DNA of 64,000 nt from Lophium mytilinum. Its lineage: Eukaryota. The stretch spans positions 1,984,001-2,048,000 of the forward strand of contig MU004183.1 of the NCBI GenBank assembly GCA_010093605.1, in the 5' to 3' direction. The notes beneath the pieces are model-generated. The model was given only the letters and a program-made list of their open reading frames with translations. It did not search any database and was not told the origin of the DNA. Both the position numbers and the translations under genes were made by a program. Shown in pieces: positions 47,649-59,729 of this stretch (positions within the stretch are counted from its first letter, which is position 1; the number at the start of each line of letters is the position of its first letter).

Positions 47649-49219
47649 TGTAAATGCTTGTAGAGGTGGAAGGTGTGGAGTGAATGAACATTGGGCATGG
47701 GCAACGCAAAGAACGGCTTCTCGGTGGTATATGGGGTGGATAGAATGACAAACACTTACTATAAGAGGTGTGGAAGGTCTATATGCTGGTAGCTAAGGGT
47801 GTTTATCGGACAGGTTGGAAGGAAGCTGTTGGTGTAGAACTCGCTGGTCTTTGTTGGATGAGGAAAGAGAGGAAGCTGCTGGCAGTTTGAGGAGGCTTTC
47901 TAGAAAAGATTGCAAACAATTCCTCGCTAGTGTCGGTAAGAAACGGTCGGTGTGGCGCGAACAGAGCCGTCGGTGTGCATTTGGGTGAATTGAGTTAGCC
48001 GAGCACGTGGCTTCTTGCCGAAGCTACGCGAACCCTTCTCCATGTGACCACAGCTCAAGGCCTGTTTAGGGTGGTAGGTAGTATGCATTGAAAAAGGGGA
48101 ACGTAGTGCAAGAGAAGATTGGAAGTATAATATATCAACATCATATGCCCCGAGACTGGACGAAAAGGGGTAAACATGGCAGCTTGATGTCTATGGAATT
48201 CTTGAGTAAGGTCGTGCTGTGCCGTTCGACACCCTACGCCTGCTCACAGAGCTCCTAGTAGATTGTGAGTTCTCAGTTACTAAAGTCTGATTATCCGCCG
48301 ATGGACCAAGATCGACTTGGACGATGTGCTATAAGAGGAAGTAGAAGCCAGCTTGAGGGTGCCGATGGTTGTGATAACGATGAAAGACGTCGACTTATAT
48401 ACTACCCTCGCCGCGAACCTTCCTCAATCTGCGACAAATACTCGAGAAGCATATCTACTCCCATGACGAGAAAGAAGTGCTTCTTAGTCCGCATAGCAAT
48501 CAGTAGGCGGATCAGGCGATACGATAATAGGTTATAAGCTCAGGCACATTGAGATCGTACCCTTTGGATGTCCCTTTTGCCTGTCGGATACCACCGTTAG
48601 GAGCGGTCCATAGGCTAGGTAGCCGGTGGTCAAAGAGCAGTCTAGATTCAAGCGCGTGCAACTCACATGCGCCTAAAAGAGTCCAGGATTTTTGAAGGTA
48701 CCTTGAGCAGTGGCATATGAGGCGATCAGGCCTGTGGAATGACGATGTATGTTGAAGACGATCGGCCCTGAATATCTGACCATCTTCATCATCGGACTCT
48801 AGCAGATGACCTTCGAGCAAACCGAGATCCATTGGATCAGAGGCTCTTGAAAGATTTGAACTTTCGAAAATTTGATGGCTGACGCATTGTTCTATGGATG
48901 AGACAATGCACATGATCGAGACATGAGGGGAAATAGATTGCTGCTGTGATGGATGACGGTGATTAAGGACGGAGATGCTAGCAGACGAAGAATGAAATTT
49001 ATCGAGCCAAATGATTGCAGTTGTTACTTGGCCCTATGCATTCGAGTCGACAGCTCTAGCCAATACTAGAGAGGTATGTGATCCAACCGCTAACCGCAGA
49101 AATTCTCACAATGCAGGCGAAATGTATCCAACATCTCAATACCAGCCAAGGCATTCCAGTTCCAAGAGCCCATCCTGGTAGTTCCCTAGAACTGCCCAGA
49201 TGCTCTGAGGTTACAAACC

Positions 49220-51589
49220 TCACATAACGCCCCATCTCCCAACCTCTTTCATCGCCTCCTCACCACCTTCAGCTAATCGCTCATCTCTCAGCACGCCAGC
49301 AACACACTTCCATCCATCCCTTCCACCTCCCCATTTCAGCACCTCCTCCTTGTACCTCTCGCCATTCTCCCTTGACACACTTCCGTCCGGAGTCTGCTGA
49401 AACACCTCGCTCCACATCTTGGCCGCAATCGCCCGATCGAAAAGATAGCTATAGTACGTAGCGCCGTACCCGTAGAGGTGGCCAAAGAAACCTTGCCATG
49501 CCGTGCCTTGTGGTTCAGGGACAGATGCATGAGCATTGTAGATGTCATGGTAGGTCTTTGTAGAGTTAAAACTCGGGGCGAGTGGTAAGGGTGAGTGATA
49601 CGCTTGGTCCAGCATCGCAAGCAGAATTTGTGATTCCGTTTCTGATGGCTGAGTACGCTCGTCAATTGCGATACGCTGCTCGAGTGCCGATAGCGGCAAG
49701 GGAGCATCTGTCTCCCAGTGGCGGGCGAAGAGAGCGAGGACTGCAGGATCAGATGCAAAGTGCTCGTTTAGCACCGACGGCAATTCTGCAAAGTCGGTGG
49801 CGCAACGAGTGCCAGCAACGTTTTGGAACGAGGTCCGGCCAAGGAAGGAGTGTAGACCGTGACCCATTTCGTGGAAGAGGGTACGAACATCGTTGAAAGT
49901 GAGGAGAGTGGGCGCAGAGGTTGTTGCAGAGAGGGGCGGACGGGGGAAATCGCATATCAAAGCGATCGTCGGGAGCTGGAAGTAAGTGTTTGTGGTGGCG
50001 TTGTGGGTATAGGACATTCCATCTGTAGCAGCTTCAATGGGAGACGCGAATGGATGGGTGGTTTCGGAGGCTTCAACTATTTCCGCGTTAGAGAGTTCTC
50101 GAGAACATCGCAAGGTGAAATGGGCAGGGTTAGGCGTCTTGCCCGGCCGTGAGAAAAGGTCACAGTACAAGACTGCAATTTGCCCATCGGTGTCGGAGAT
50201 TACGTCAAGACGCCTAACGTCGTTATTCCATGTCTCACCAGGAGCTGGCTCCTTGGGGACTAGTCGAATACCATAGAGTCGATTGTATAGACGGGAGAGG
50301 CCTTGCATCACTGTTCCTAGGGAAAAGTATGCAGAGAAGAAATCTTGAGTGCGCAACTTGGTGTGCATACTGGACACCATTTGGTGGGTATAGTAGAGTT
50401 TGTCCCAGGCGTTTATAGACCCAGGAAAGTTTCCACTACGGGCGTCTGACTTCTTGAGCTCTATCAATTCCTGAAGCTCATCCTGAACCTTGCGGTGGTT
50501 GCCCTTTACGAGAGCATTCAAGAACTGATTCACAGCTTCGGGCGACTTTGCCATTTTGTCCTCACCGAGAGTCATGTGCCCGTAGCTCTCGAACCCAGAG
50601 AGTTTTGCTATCTCTGCACGGCACTTCAGAAGCTTCTCCAGACGTCGAATGCTCGGCTTATCTGCCGTCCTGGAAGCCATGTATATCTCCCTCCTGACAT
50701 CAGGGTCCTCTACAAATCTAAGAGCCATTTGCGCAGGCGTATCCGCGGTAGCTATCTTGATCTGGCCCCATTTCGATAAGGCTCGGGCCATGCTGGGTTC
50801 CAGGCCTTTCATCTTGCTGCTTTCGAAGCTGAGATAGGGGGTTTCCGGGGCGCCATTCTCAGTGAACTCGATCCCAACCTCGGAAATCTCATTTGAGAGC
50901 TGTACGAAACGGTCTCTAGACGCTGTAGGTAGATCAATGGCAGATTTAGAGAAGTCCCGGATCAGAATCTGGGCCACAAGCCTCTCCGGTTCCGTCCAGG
51001 ACTGGTACACGTCAGGGATACCCTCGGCCTTCTTAAGCTGCTCGTTTAGTTGAGGAGTAGTGTTTAGTCTGTTCATGTAATGGAACATGGTCACATATGC
51101 CTGCGATGCCGCCGCCTGCATATACCGGTCTGGATGCGTCGCGCGAACAAAGTCCGCAAGATCGATGACCCGGCATAACAGATCGCTGAGCCTATCCAGA
51201 ATCCTAGGCAGTTGCTTGTATTCCTCCATAGTGTTCACGGCGACCACCTTCTCCACTATCCTCTCGCATTTCGACAGGGTGTTCTCGGTGAAGTGCTTAA
51301 AGCCTTCAGGTCGGGTCAAGTAATGATTGTTGACCAAGCCTGCGGATTTGCGCGACGGCTTGAATACGGGCTTCGAGTACTCCTTCCAGAAGGCCTGCGA
51401 GTCGAATATCTTTCGTAAGGTGCGATCGTCGTGGTCGGCGCCGGGGGTCCCAAGTCCTTGAAGGCGGCTAGGCGGGAGAGGCGAGGGTTGCACCAGATCA
51501 TGAGTCGCGATGGTCGAGTTGAAACGGCGTTGGCGCTGCAAACTCAAGCATCTTGAACACGTCCATGGCGAGGGCGCGCGCTTGAGCAT
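49220..51589 (-). CDS. OCT1: Mitochondrial intermediate peptidase (M3 metallopeptidase)
   Basis: Presequence-like N-terminus, DRLSDLLCRVIDLADFVR, TLFHEMGHGLHS (HExxH), GTRCATDFAELPS and FGHLYGYGATYYSYLFDRAIA. Confidence 0.96.
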   Translation of the reverse strand: MLKRAPSPWTCSRCLSLQRQRRFNSTIATHDLVQPSPLPPSRLQGLGTPGADHDDRTLRKIFDSQAFWKEYSKPVFKPSRKSAGLVNNHYLTRPEGFKHFTENTLSKCERIVEKVVAVNTMEEYKQLPRILDRLSDLLCRVIDLADFVRATHPDRYMQAAASQAYVTMFHYMNRLNTTPQLNEQLKKAEGIPDVYQSWTEPERLVAQILIRDFSKSAIDLPTASRDRFVQLSNEISEVGIEFTENGAPETPYLSFESSKMKGLEPSMARALSKWGQIKIATADTPAQMALRFVEDPDVRREIYMASRTADKPSIRRLEKLLKCRAEIAKLSGFESYGHMTLGEDKMAKSPEAVNQFLNALVKGNHRKVQDELQELIELKKSDARSGNFPGSINAWDKLYYTHQMVSSMHTKLRTQDFFSAYFSLGTVMQGLSRLYNRLYGIRLVPKEPAPGETWNNDVRRLDVISDTDGQIAVLYCDLFSRPGKTPNPAHFTLRCSRELSNAEIVEASETTHPFASPIEAATDGMSYTHNATTNTYFQLPTIALICDFPRPPLSATTSAPTLLTFNDVRTLFHEMGHGLHSFLGRTSFQNVAGTRCATDFAELPSVLNEHFASDPAVLALFARHWETDAPLPLSALEQRIAIDERTQPSETESQILLAMLDQAYHSPLPLAPSFNSTKTYHDIYNAHASVPEPQGTAWQGFFGHLYGYGATYYSYLFDRAIAAKMWSEVFQQTPDGSVSRENGERYKEEVLKWGGGRDGWKCVAGVLRDERLAEGGEEAMKEVGRWGVM

Positions 51590-51774
51590 ATCGGACCGCG
51601 AGAGGAGAGCGAGCGTTGTGTTGTGGAGAAGCGGAGGAAGGCCGTCAGTTGGTCGTACAGATAGAAAATAAAGCCGAGAGCTCGTGCCGGAACGGAACCG
51701 TCGAAAGGTTGAACTTCACGCTTCTTCTTCTCACCACCTCTCCCCTCCCCAACTGCCTGGTCCACACCTTCGCA

Positions 51775-52619
51775 ATGGCTTTCAGACCGCTGCTACGGCA
51801 GGTAAGTGCCTGCATGGATTCATATGCTCATCTACTAATTGCTCGTAGCGCGCTGCTGTCCCTGCTATGGCCGCTGCCGTCTCCGCTGGTCTGATCCTAT
51901 ATCCTAACAGCGTTGCTTATGCCGAAGAGCCACTCTCGGACGACACAATAGTACGTTGAGAGCCAAACAAATGGCTCTTACATATGAATCGCTTAGCTCA
52001 CATCCATCCCCAGCTTTCCCGAAAGCCCATTTACGATGACACCCCTCTGTCACACGATCCTACGCCGAGACCATCAGAACCCTCTACACCTACCGACTAC
52101 CGACCGACGCCCACCGACCGGCTCGCTGGGCAGATCAAGTACGCCAGACTGGCTTTCTACGGCCAAGCAACGAAGGCCGAGGACGCCGTGAACGATGCGC
52201 TCACAAAGACCCTGAGCCTCGAACACTCCTTCACTAGCACCATACGCGGCCTTGCTCCACCAAAGGGGTCCAACGAGAAGCTTCTCCCCGGCGCCATCTA
52301 CGTCCTTGTCGCCTCCATGGCGGGCTCAATTGTGACGCGCAATCGGAACATCCTACTGCGCGGAACAGTCCCAGTCCTCGTTGGCTTGGGTGTCGCGAAA
52401 GCCGTTATTCCTGTCACAATGGGGAACGTGGGTGAATTGGTGTGGAAGTACGAGAAGCGCTTCCCTGCGGTTGCGGACGCCCATCTCAAAACAAGGGCGC
52501 GGGTAGAGAAGTTCATTGACACAGGCAAAGCGCATACCCAGATGTCATTCTACCGGGTGCAGGATACGGTGGCAGAGGCGAGAGAGAAGATGGAGGACTG
52601 GGTCAAGAAGGGTAAATAA
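51775..52619 (+). CDS. MIC26: MICOS subunit Mic26/Mic27 (apolipoprotein O family; 2 introns)
   Basis: Presequence MAFRPLLRQ..., RKPIYDD, PTPTDRLA.QI..ARL and E.LLPGAIYVLVASMAGSIVTRNRNILLR. Confidence 0.85.
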
Positions 52620-53062
52620 GCATGTTGAGCTAGATTTTGGGACCGCCTTGTAGCGTGTAACACCACTTTTTTCATTGCATAGAGCGGCCCCCTGTTGGGA
52701 CCGTCGAGCGCAAAATTTATTCGTTCTGGTCAATCTGATACTTATCTGTCAGCATGAGGTGCCATCGTCAAGCCTTGAGCTCCATCAGCGCTCTGTCATT
52801 CAAGCTCCGGGAAGCTCTTTTCTTCTAACGAACCTCCTCGTACTGTCGAGCTAGCGACGGAGTCGATATGGCAGCGCGATATAGCGGAGCCTATATAGCT
52901 GTTGTGGGTCGATGCTTCGATCTGCTTGTGAGCTTGTGCACTTATCGTGATGATAGCTTTCAACGCCTATGCGCTTCAATGGCACGGCTTCAATCCCCTT
53001 ATACGAAGCTCTCCAGCAAGCTAGATCCCAAATCTTCTCTCTCCAACGTCGTCCCCACTCCC

Positions 53063-53734
53063 TCACCCCTCACCCATCCCAGCCTTCGCGATCAACCTCT
53101 CCTTCAACCCCTCCTTCCACGCCTTATGCACCCCCTCAATCTTCCCCCCAAGCACCGTCACACACCCCGGATTCAACAGCAACACTCCCCTCGCAACCAC
53201 CACATCCCTCAACACCAACTTGCTCCCAATACTCATCGCCATCCCCACCCCCTCAATCGCATGCGTCTCAAATCCATACACGCAGACCCCCTGTGCGTCC
53301 TGCAGCAACAGCTTGTGTGGCCCCGCTCCCGCCGTCTGCACGCCTTCCGCGGCCTCCTGCTCAGACGGCACGCTCCGAATGATCTCGCGGCCCTTCGTTG
53401 TTTCTCCCCGCTCCGCCGCCTCAATCGCCTCGACCTGGCTCCAGCAGCTGCGCCCGATGTCTTCGACGTCGAGGACTTGGACGGCGAGGGGGCCGGGGAG
53501 CTTGCGCTCACGGATGGTCGCGTCGTGGATTGTGGTAGGGAAGCAGGAGGCTGGGGGGCGCGTGAGGGATTGGGTGATGTCGGTTGCGAGGAGGCGGAAG
53601 AGGGCGGTTTTCTGGAGTGCGGGGAGAGGCGTGTTGGTGCGAATAGTGGGGAGGAAGGTGGAGAGCCAGGCCGGGGTGGGCGAGAGGGACTTGGTGGAGA
53701 GGTAGCTTGTGATCTCTTGCGCGAGGTTGGCCAT
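53063..53734 (-). CDS. RMI1: RecQ-mediated genome instability protein 1 (N-terminal helical + OB fold)
   Basis: LFRLLATDI...L.GPLAVQVLDVEDIGRS.WSQVEAIE...KGREIIR...GPHKLLLQDA.G..VYGFE...IGSKLVL....VARGVLLL.P..VTVLGGKI. Confidence 0.85.
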   Translation of the reverse strand: MANLAQEITSYLSTKSLSPTPAWLSTFLPTIRTNTPLPALQKTALFRLLATDITQSLTRPPASCFPTTIHDATIRERKLPGPLAVQVLDVEDIGRSCWSQVEAIEAAERGETTKGREIIRSVPSEQEAAEGVQTAGAGPHKLLLQDAQGVCVYGFETHAIEGVGMAMSIGSKLVLRDVVVARGVLLLNPGCVTVLGGKIEGVHKAWKEGLKERLIAKAGMGEG

Positions 53735-53941
53735 ACTAGAGAGAGCTTCTACATTTCCGGGGGATGGTTGGTCGTGAGAAAGAACGTGGTGTTCAATGCT
53801 GGGGTTTTCACGTGGAATGGAGCTTCAATTTCAGCCCTACCGCGTCACCTTCCCAAATTAAATCTGATGTCGAAGCTCCAACAACCACCAACCATTCCTC
53901 CACCATTTCGATATAGCTAGACAATTATCCACACCGCTCAC

Positions 53942-54783
53942 ATGTCCACCATCGCCTCTCCCCGCGCCTCAAGCTCCATCCGCTCCCCCTCCTCCTCCCG
54001 CACCTCCCTCGACAACCCCAGCGGCCGTCCCACCGCCCCAGGCACAACGCGCAGGAACCGCGCCGCCCTCCGCGACTACTACGGCCTCAAAGGCACTCAA
54101 CCCGCCAGCTCCCCCGACCCCAGCACGCGAACGCCTCTCGCGCCCGAAGACGCCGAAGATGACGGCGGCATCAGCGAGCTCGACAAGGACGGCTTCGACG
54201 CTGCCGGCTATGTCAACGAGATTCTATCGAAGCAGGGCCTCTCGGGCGTGCTGAGGGTGGAGAGCGACTTGGTATCGCGTGAGTCCACAGAATCCCACCA
54301 ACACTTAATCAAAGGGATGTGTGGCTAATGGAGTTGTTAGAAATCAGAAATCTAGACGGCGAGCGCAAATCCCTCGTCTACGATAACTACTCTAAGCTGA
54401 TTGCGGCTACGGACACGATCCGCAAGATGCGCACGAATATGGACCCGCTCGCGCCGACGACGTCGACGCTGAGTCCGGCGATTAGTCATATTGCGGAGAT
54501 TGCGGCTGTGTTGTCGAGGGATATGCAGGATAGGACGCCGACCGCGCCGAGTATTACTTTGGAGAAGGAGGGTAGGGAGGGGAAGGCGGGCGCGAAGGAG
54601 ACGGTGAGGTGGGTGCTTGATGCGCCGCGGAGGTTGCGGGACTTGGTGGATGAGGGGAAGGAGGAGGAGGCGGATAAGGAGTGGGAGATTGTGAGGGAGG
54701 TGTTGGAGAAGTGGAGGGGGGTGAAGGGGGTGAAGGAAGTAGGGATGGAGTGTGAGGCTATCATTCTGAATGAAGACACATGA
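53942..54783 (+). CDS. VPS51: GARP complex subunit Vps51 (1 intron)
   Basis: RRNRAALRDYYGL, SELD..GFD...YV and EIRNLDGERKSLVYDNYSKLIAATDTIRKMR. Confidence 0.92.
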
Positions 54784-55250
54784 TTATTAGATTTGGTACG
54801 AGAGTCTAATACGTGATGTTCTAGGTGGTAGAGCGGGTCTGCACGCTGAGGGGCCGGTTTGTCTCCTTTAAGTGCAAAGAGTTACAGATCTAACCGTGTG
54901 AGACTAATTTTATTAGACGCGGACGGGGGACCTGAAGTGGCATATGTCGTAGAGGGTTTTCACGCAAGTTCTTACAGAACTAACCACGTGAGAGCTCATT
55001 TGCGTAGCGGAGCAGCTCTCGAAGCCGCTAATCACAAAGCAAACCATAAGGCTAACACTACTCTTGCATTAGGTTCCAAAGGCTCCAGGTACCCCTGGCC
55101 AGATCTCATCACACAAGCCTTCAAAGCTTCGTAGTATCATGAATACGTCTGAGTTGGAAATAAATCTTCGAGCGAGTCAGTTATGATCTCTAAATCTAAG
55201 ATTTACCAAAAGTAGAGCACTATATACACAACCTCCAGACGTCACTAGGC

Positions 55251-56874
55251 TTACAACTTCGCCTTCTCTTTCGGTCCTATAAGCGGATCATATACGTTCA
55301 GCCCCAATGTATCTGATGGCACCGTAGCGCTGTGCATACTCAAGCCCCTTGTATCTACCATTGTCGGGTTCAACTCCTCAATGGTGCTAGCACCGATCAA
55401 CCTCATGTTCATCTCCATCTCATCCTTGAGCAACTGCCTATGGTATTCATTAGCGTCATCAGCTTAAACTTAGCGTAGACAGAAGCTTACATTGCGCGAT
55501 CCACACCCGGCAGTCCATATGCACTCATAGCGTATAAGAAAGGTCGTCCGATGCCTACGCCTGTCGCACCTAGGCAGAGCGCCTTGATGATATCAGTCGC
55601 GCGCCTCACACCGCCATCAACAAAAACCTCAATCTTCTTCTCCCAACCACGCTCACGCAGAGCAGGCATGACTTCCGCGAGGACCTCAATGCCCGAACGC
55701 GCAAAGTCGAGTTGGCGTCCACCGTGATTCGAGAGCACCACACCGTGAACTCCCGCTTCGACTGCACGTAAGACATCCTCAACGCGCTGCACGCCCTTAA
55801 GGATGATTGGCATTTTGGTGATGGAGAGGAACCAGGGGATGTCTTTCCAGCTGAGAGAAGGATCAATGAAGGAGGAAATCGCACGGGCGGCACCTTGACT
55901 CCTGTCGACGTTGTCGCCAGAGGTGTTCTGGACGTTCGAGCCCACATCGTCGAATTTCGAGCGCATGTCCTTCTCACGGCGGCCTAATTGCGGCGCATCT
56001 ACTGTAATGAAGAGGCCCTTGCAGCCACGCTTTTCGGCGTGCTCCACGATGCGCTTGGTGATGTCGCGGTCCTTGTTGACGTAGAGCTGCAGCCATTGAA
56101 CTTGACCTGGTTCCGCGGCATCCATTATCTCGTCGAATGAGCAGGATGCGAGGGTCGGTATCATCTGGATCACGTTGTGTTTCTTTGCGCCTCGTGTAAG
56201 AATGACCTCGCCTTCGTGATGGCCTAGCTTGCCGAGTGCGGTTGCGGTTACGTAGAATGGGATATCGACTTTAGTTCCTAGCATCTTGGTAGAGAAGTCG
56301 ATCTTCTCGACATCTACTAGAATATTCGGCCGAAACCAAATCTTGTGGTACGCGGAGTGGTTTTCTCGCATTGTCTACAGCCTGTTAGTCCATGCCACAA
56401 GCTGTAGTCGCAGGATGGCTGCCAACTTACAATTTCATCATCCGCACCACTCGAATAATACGCCCACGCCGTCTTCTTCATAACCTTCCTCGCCACCGCC
56501 TCAAAGTCCATGAGGTTGTAACATTGCTCCAGAATCGGCATGACGGCCATCCTCTCCTGCCTGGCTTTTTCATCCGGGTCCTCTTCCTTCTCCTCCTTCT
56601 CGACCGTCCCCATGTCTACCTCCCCAAGGTGCTTCGACTTGTCCAGGTACTTGTCGAGCGTGTCGGGCGGGTGTATCGGCTCGAATTCCTCCGTAGCGTC
56701 CTTGCCCGCGTACTTGAGGATAATCTTGGGCCCGCCTGGGTGCTCGGGCAGGAACTCGGTTACATCGTATGCCCGCCCGTGGATGATTACCCAGCAGGAG
56801 TCGCGCGAGTCGTGCTTGGCGATATCGGCGCCTGTGAGCTTCACGGCCTGCGTGTCGTTGCTCTTGTGATTCAT
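55251..56874 (-). CDS. CYB2: Flavocytochrome b2-like L-2-hydroxy-acid dehydrogenase (cyt b5 + FMN domain; 2 introns)
   Basis: Cyt b5 motif WVIIHGRAYDVTEFLPEHPGG, AWAYYSSGADDE, TVDAPQLGRREKD, SNHGGRQLD and DGGVRRATD. The protein ends in -AKL. Confidence 0.93.
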
Positions 56875-57931
56875 TGTGGCGGGAGAGGTCCGCGGAGGGG
56901 CCCTTGGAGGGGTGGGAGATACGGAAGATAGAGGGAGGTATGCCACCGAGAGGGTTGAAGCTGTATGCGACGAGGTGGTATTTCTAGGTTGAGACCACAA
57001 AGAAAGTACGAGAGAAAGGGCTATTAAGAAGAGGAGGAGGAAATGATGCTGGTCATAGAAATGGAAGGTGAAGCGGCCAAGGACCGGATGTACCCATTAG
57101 GGTTTTTTATTCCCAGAGCTGCTGCTGCAAGCCGGGGTAGCGGCAGCTAACGGTGATGACGGCGCGTTCAGTGACGAGAATGTGGGTTCCTAGACCTCGG
57201 CTTGCGGGGAAGACTGGGACCAGTATTAGCCAATCAACGCGCCCGATTTCCAACAGTTCGGTGTGAAGAGACGGCAATTGTGTGTTACTTGGTCGATGAC
57301 GACAACACATGCCTCTATGAAGCATGGCGAGAAGGTAGGCTATGCTTGAATGCTTCTACGCTATGCGAATGACAGATATATATATACCTTGATAGCGTAA
57401 GGAATAGCCCTATGTAGATGATATCTTGGTATGCTAGCTGGGGTATATGTATATATCCGAGGGGAAGGAACAGCAAAACTACATAGTATCTATGCTACAC
57501 TATCTACAAGGTATCTATCTGCCCGCTGAAAACCGAACGAACCCTTCTGTTCCCTGCCATGGATACACAAAGTGTATGAGTAACGCCAAACAAGATCAAA
57601 CCTCCCCTCTTTGCAATGCAATTCATGCCGTCGGGATTCTGAAGAAGAACGCTCTAGATGCGGACAAGGAGGAACCGCGAAACGAAGCTGTTAGATGCAA
57701 AGAATGTTGTGTGCGTCGTGAGAGTTGTTTCGGTAGAAAAAGTCGCAAAATCGCCGAGAACGCTGATCAAAACATAGTCCGCCAATGATTTTCCAGTGAC
57801 CAAAGATGCAACAATGATTTTCCCAATATTCGAAACTAGTCAAGCTGATCATCTTCCCCAGAGCCTAAGTCCAATCCTAATCCACATATGCAACCGCATC
57901 TTCACATTGAAGGTTATGGTCAAGCCTTGAA

Positions 57932-58630
57932 CTAGGCGTCTTGCAAAGCAATCTTGCTAGAATCTGCACGAGAGTTGCCTTGGGCAGCAGATGTGCTGAT
58001 CACGGCCGTCATGTTGAAGAACAGCTCGCAAAATTTGGCCAAAACTGTGGCGGTGTCGTATGGTCGGCCACTAGGAGGGCCATTGTGATTGGAGAAAGGC
58101 TGCAACCCCGGACTAAGGTGTATTCGCACGCTGCTCGGCTCTCCGAAAGGCGCATCAGAGGATTTCGCTTTTCAGACTTTCGAGTTTCGTGTTCGACCGG
58201 GCGTCGGGATGGGGATTGTGTTTCGAGTCTATAAAATTCGTCCAGGGTCGTTCGAATCGTCTCGCCAGAGATTGTCGATGCGTTTGTTTTGGAGCGAGAC
58301 AAGCCAGATTGACGGTAGGAATTGTCATCTATTTGGGTGGGTTTCCCTAGCCCCTCTGATTGTTCCTCTGAAAATGTATTAGAGTATAATCGGAAAGAAA
58401 ATCGAATGGTATTGTAGCTTACGCTTCAACTGGGCCACGCCGTGTAGGTATCGATGGGCCTGCCATATGCTGATGGATGCCGTGATCAAAGCTGCGACCA
58501 CGAAGATTGTGGTTGTAATGGTGTCGCTCCATGCGCTAGGATTCCCCTTGAGATTGGGTACGACGAAGTTCATAGCGACTGATTTATTAAGTTCCTGAGA
58601 TGCGGTAAAAGAGTTTGCTACTGGTGGCAT
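57932..58630 (-). other. Possible small membrane-protein gene or decayed gene
   Basis: An 83-aa ORF has a hydrophobic segment (WSDTITTTIFVVAALITASISIWQAH) followed by a GTAAGC donor. The downstream exon structure could not be resolved. Confidence 0.3.
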
Positions 58631-59729
58631 GGTTTGTAAGGCACTTGATGTACACTAAAACCGAAGTCGCAACTGGTTAGAGAGGTGGAGAATCGAGTTG
58701 GTGGAACCAACGCTGAAAGGTGTAGTGTCTGTCTATATGAGTGTTACCTAGCTTTCCGTGGCATCGCTTTCTTGGATAGTCTTGTCTGTCAATACGAAGA
58801 GGCTTTCTGCTGTCCCCTGGAGATGCATCTTACGCAAGGGATGAATGTATGCGCAGTGACGAAGCACACTGTAGAGCCTCAGTTTCAGTCGTGAACTCCT
58901 CTGAACGGTTGGTTAAGGACAATCCACGTATTCCGTAGCTGCGAGTGATACTCAGCTTGCCATATACGTGCTTGGCCCTACATCGACCCAGTTCTCTGGG
59001 TAGACATAGCCTCCGCTCCAGACCAGGTTGTCTGGGGCCGAGAGAATCCGCCTGCACGGTACTCATCCCATTAGTACACTGTATGACTTGATGATATAAG
59101 CACTGTGGCCCGTCGAAGTTGTGACTCTGTCTCTTGTGCCTACGAGAGCGCTTCGTGGACGCTTGCATGTTGAACTTTTGCCCTTTGGCTAAGATTGTCG
59201 CGCAGCTATCGGAGTTCACATCAGGATGAACCATTTAGAATAGTGTGACACAAGGAAAGATCTGTGGACATTGACCAGGTGCTCCCACCCAGGAGGCTAG
59301 CGTTGGGCACCAGAGAGGACACTCTCGAAGTCAGTTCCATGAGCTTCGCTGATGAACCACCAACACGTTCGGGGAGCCAATAAGGGCAGGATAGGCCAAA
59401 GGCTCCTGCAGCCACACATTTGTCTGACAGCGGGCTGCCTTTTTGCCTTGGAATAAGGTGGCAAGTGTGCTCAAATAAGCACAGTGTGCGTCGTAGGCAT
59501 ACACATCACCAACCGGGGGCGTCTGCGCCAGCTAGCTCCGGTGAACGTGGTGATGGAGGTGGTGGCTGTCCTGCTGCGGGAAAATTTTCTTGCACATTGG
59601 AGTCACTCATCAACCACGAGTGCTCTCAGCTGAGAGACACCATCCGCCAGGGACGTTAGGCTGTCGATTCTTGAACATATGAAAAAAACTCATCAATGAA
59701 ATAACAGAGGAGAGTACAACTTTAAGTAG

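Noticed and set aside
48265..48913. Short ORFs between the RGG orphan and OCT1
   Set aside because: No motifs or convincing splice structure; they could be a decayed gene but this is not supportable.
52868..53920. 350-aa + strand ORF
   Set aside because: Antisense to the well-supported RMI1 gene; its low-complexity composition mirrors that gene's skew.
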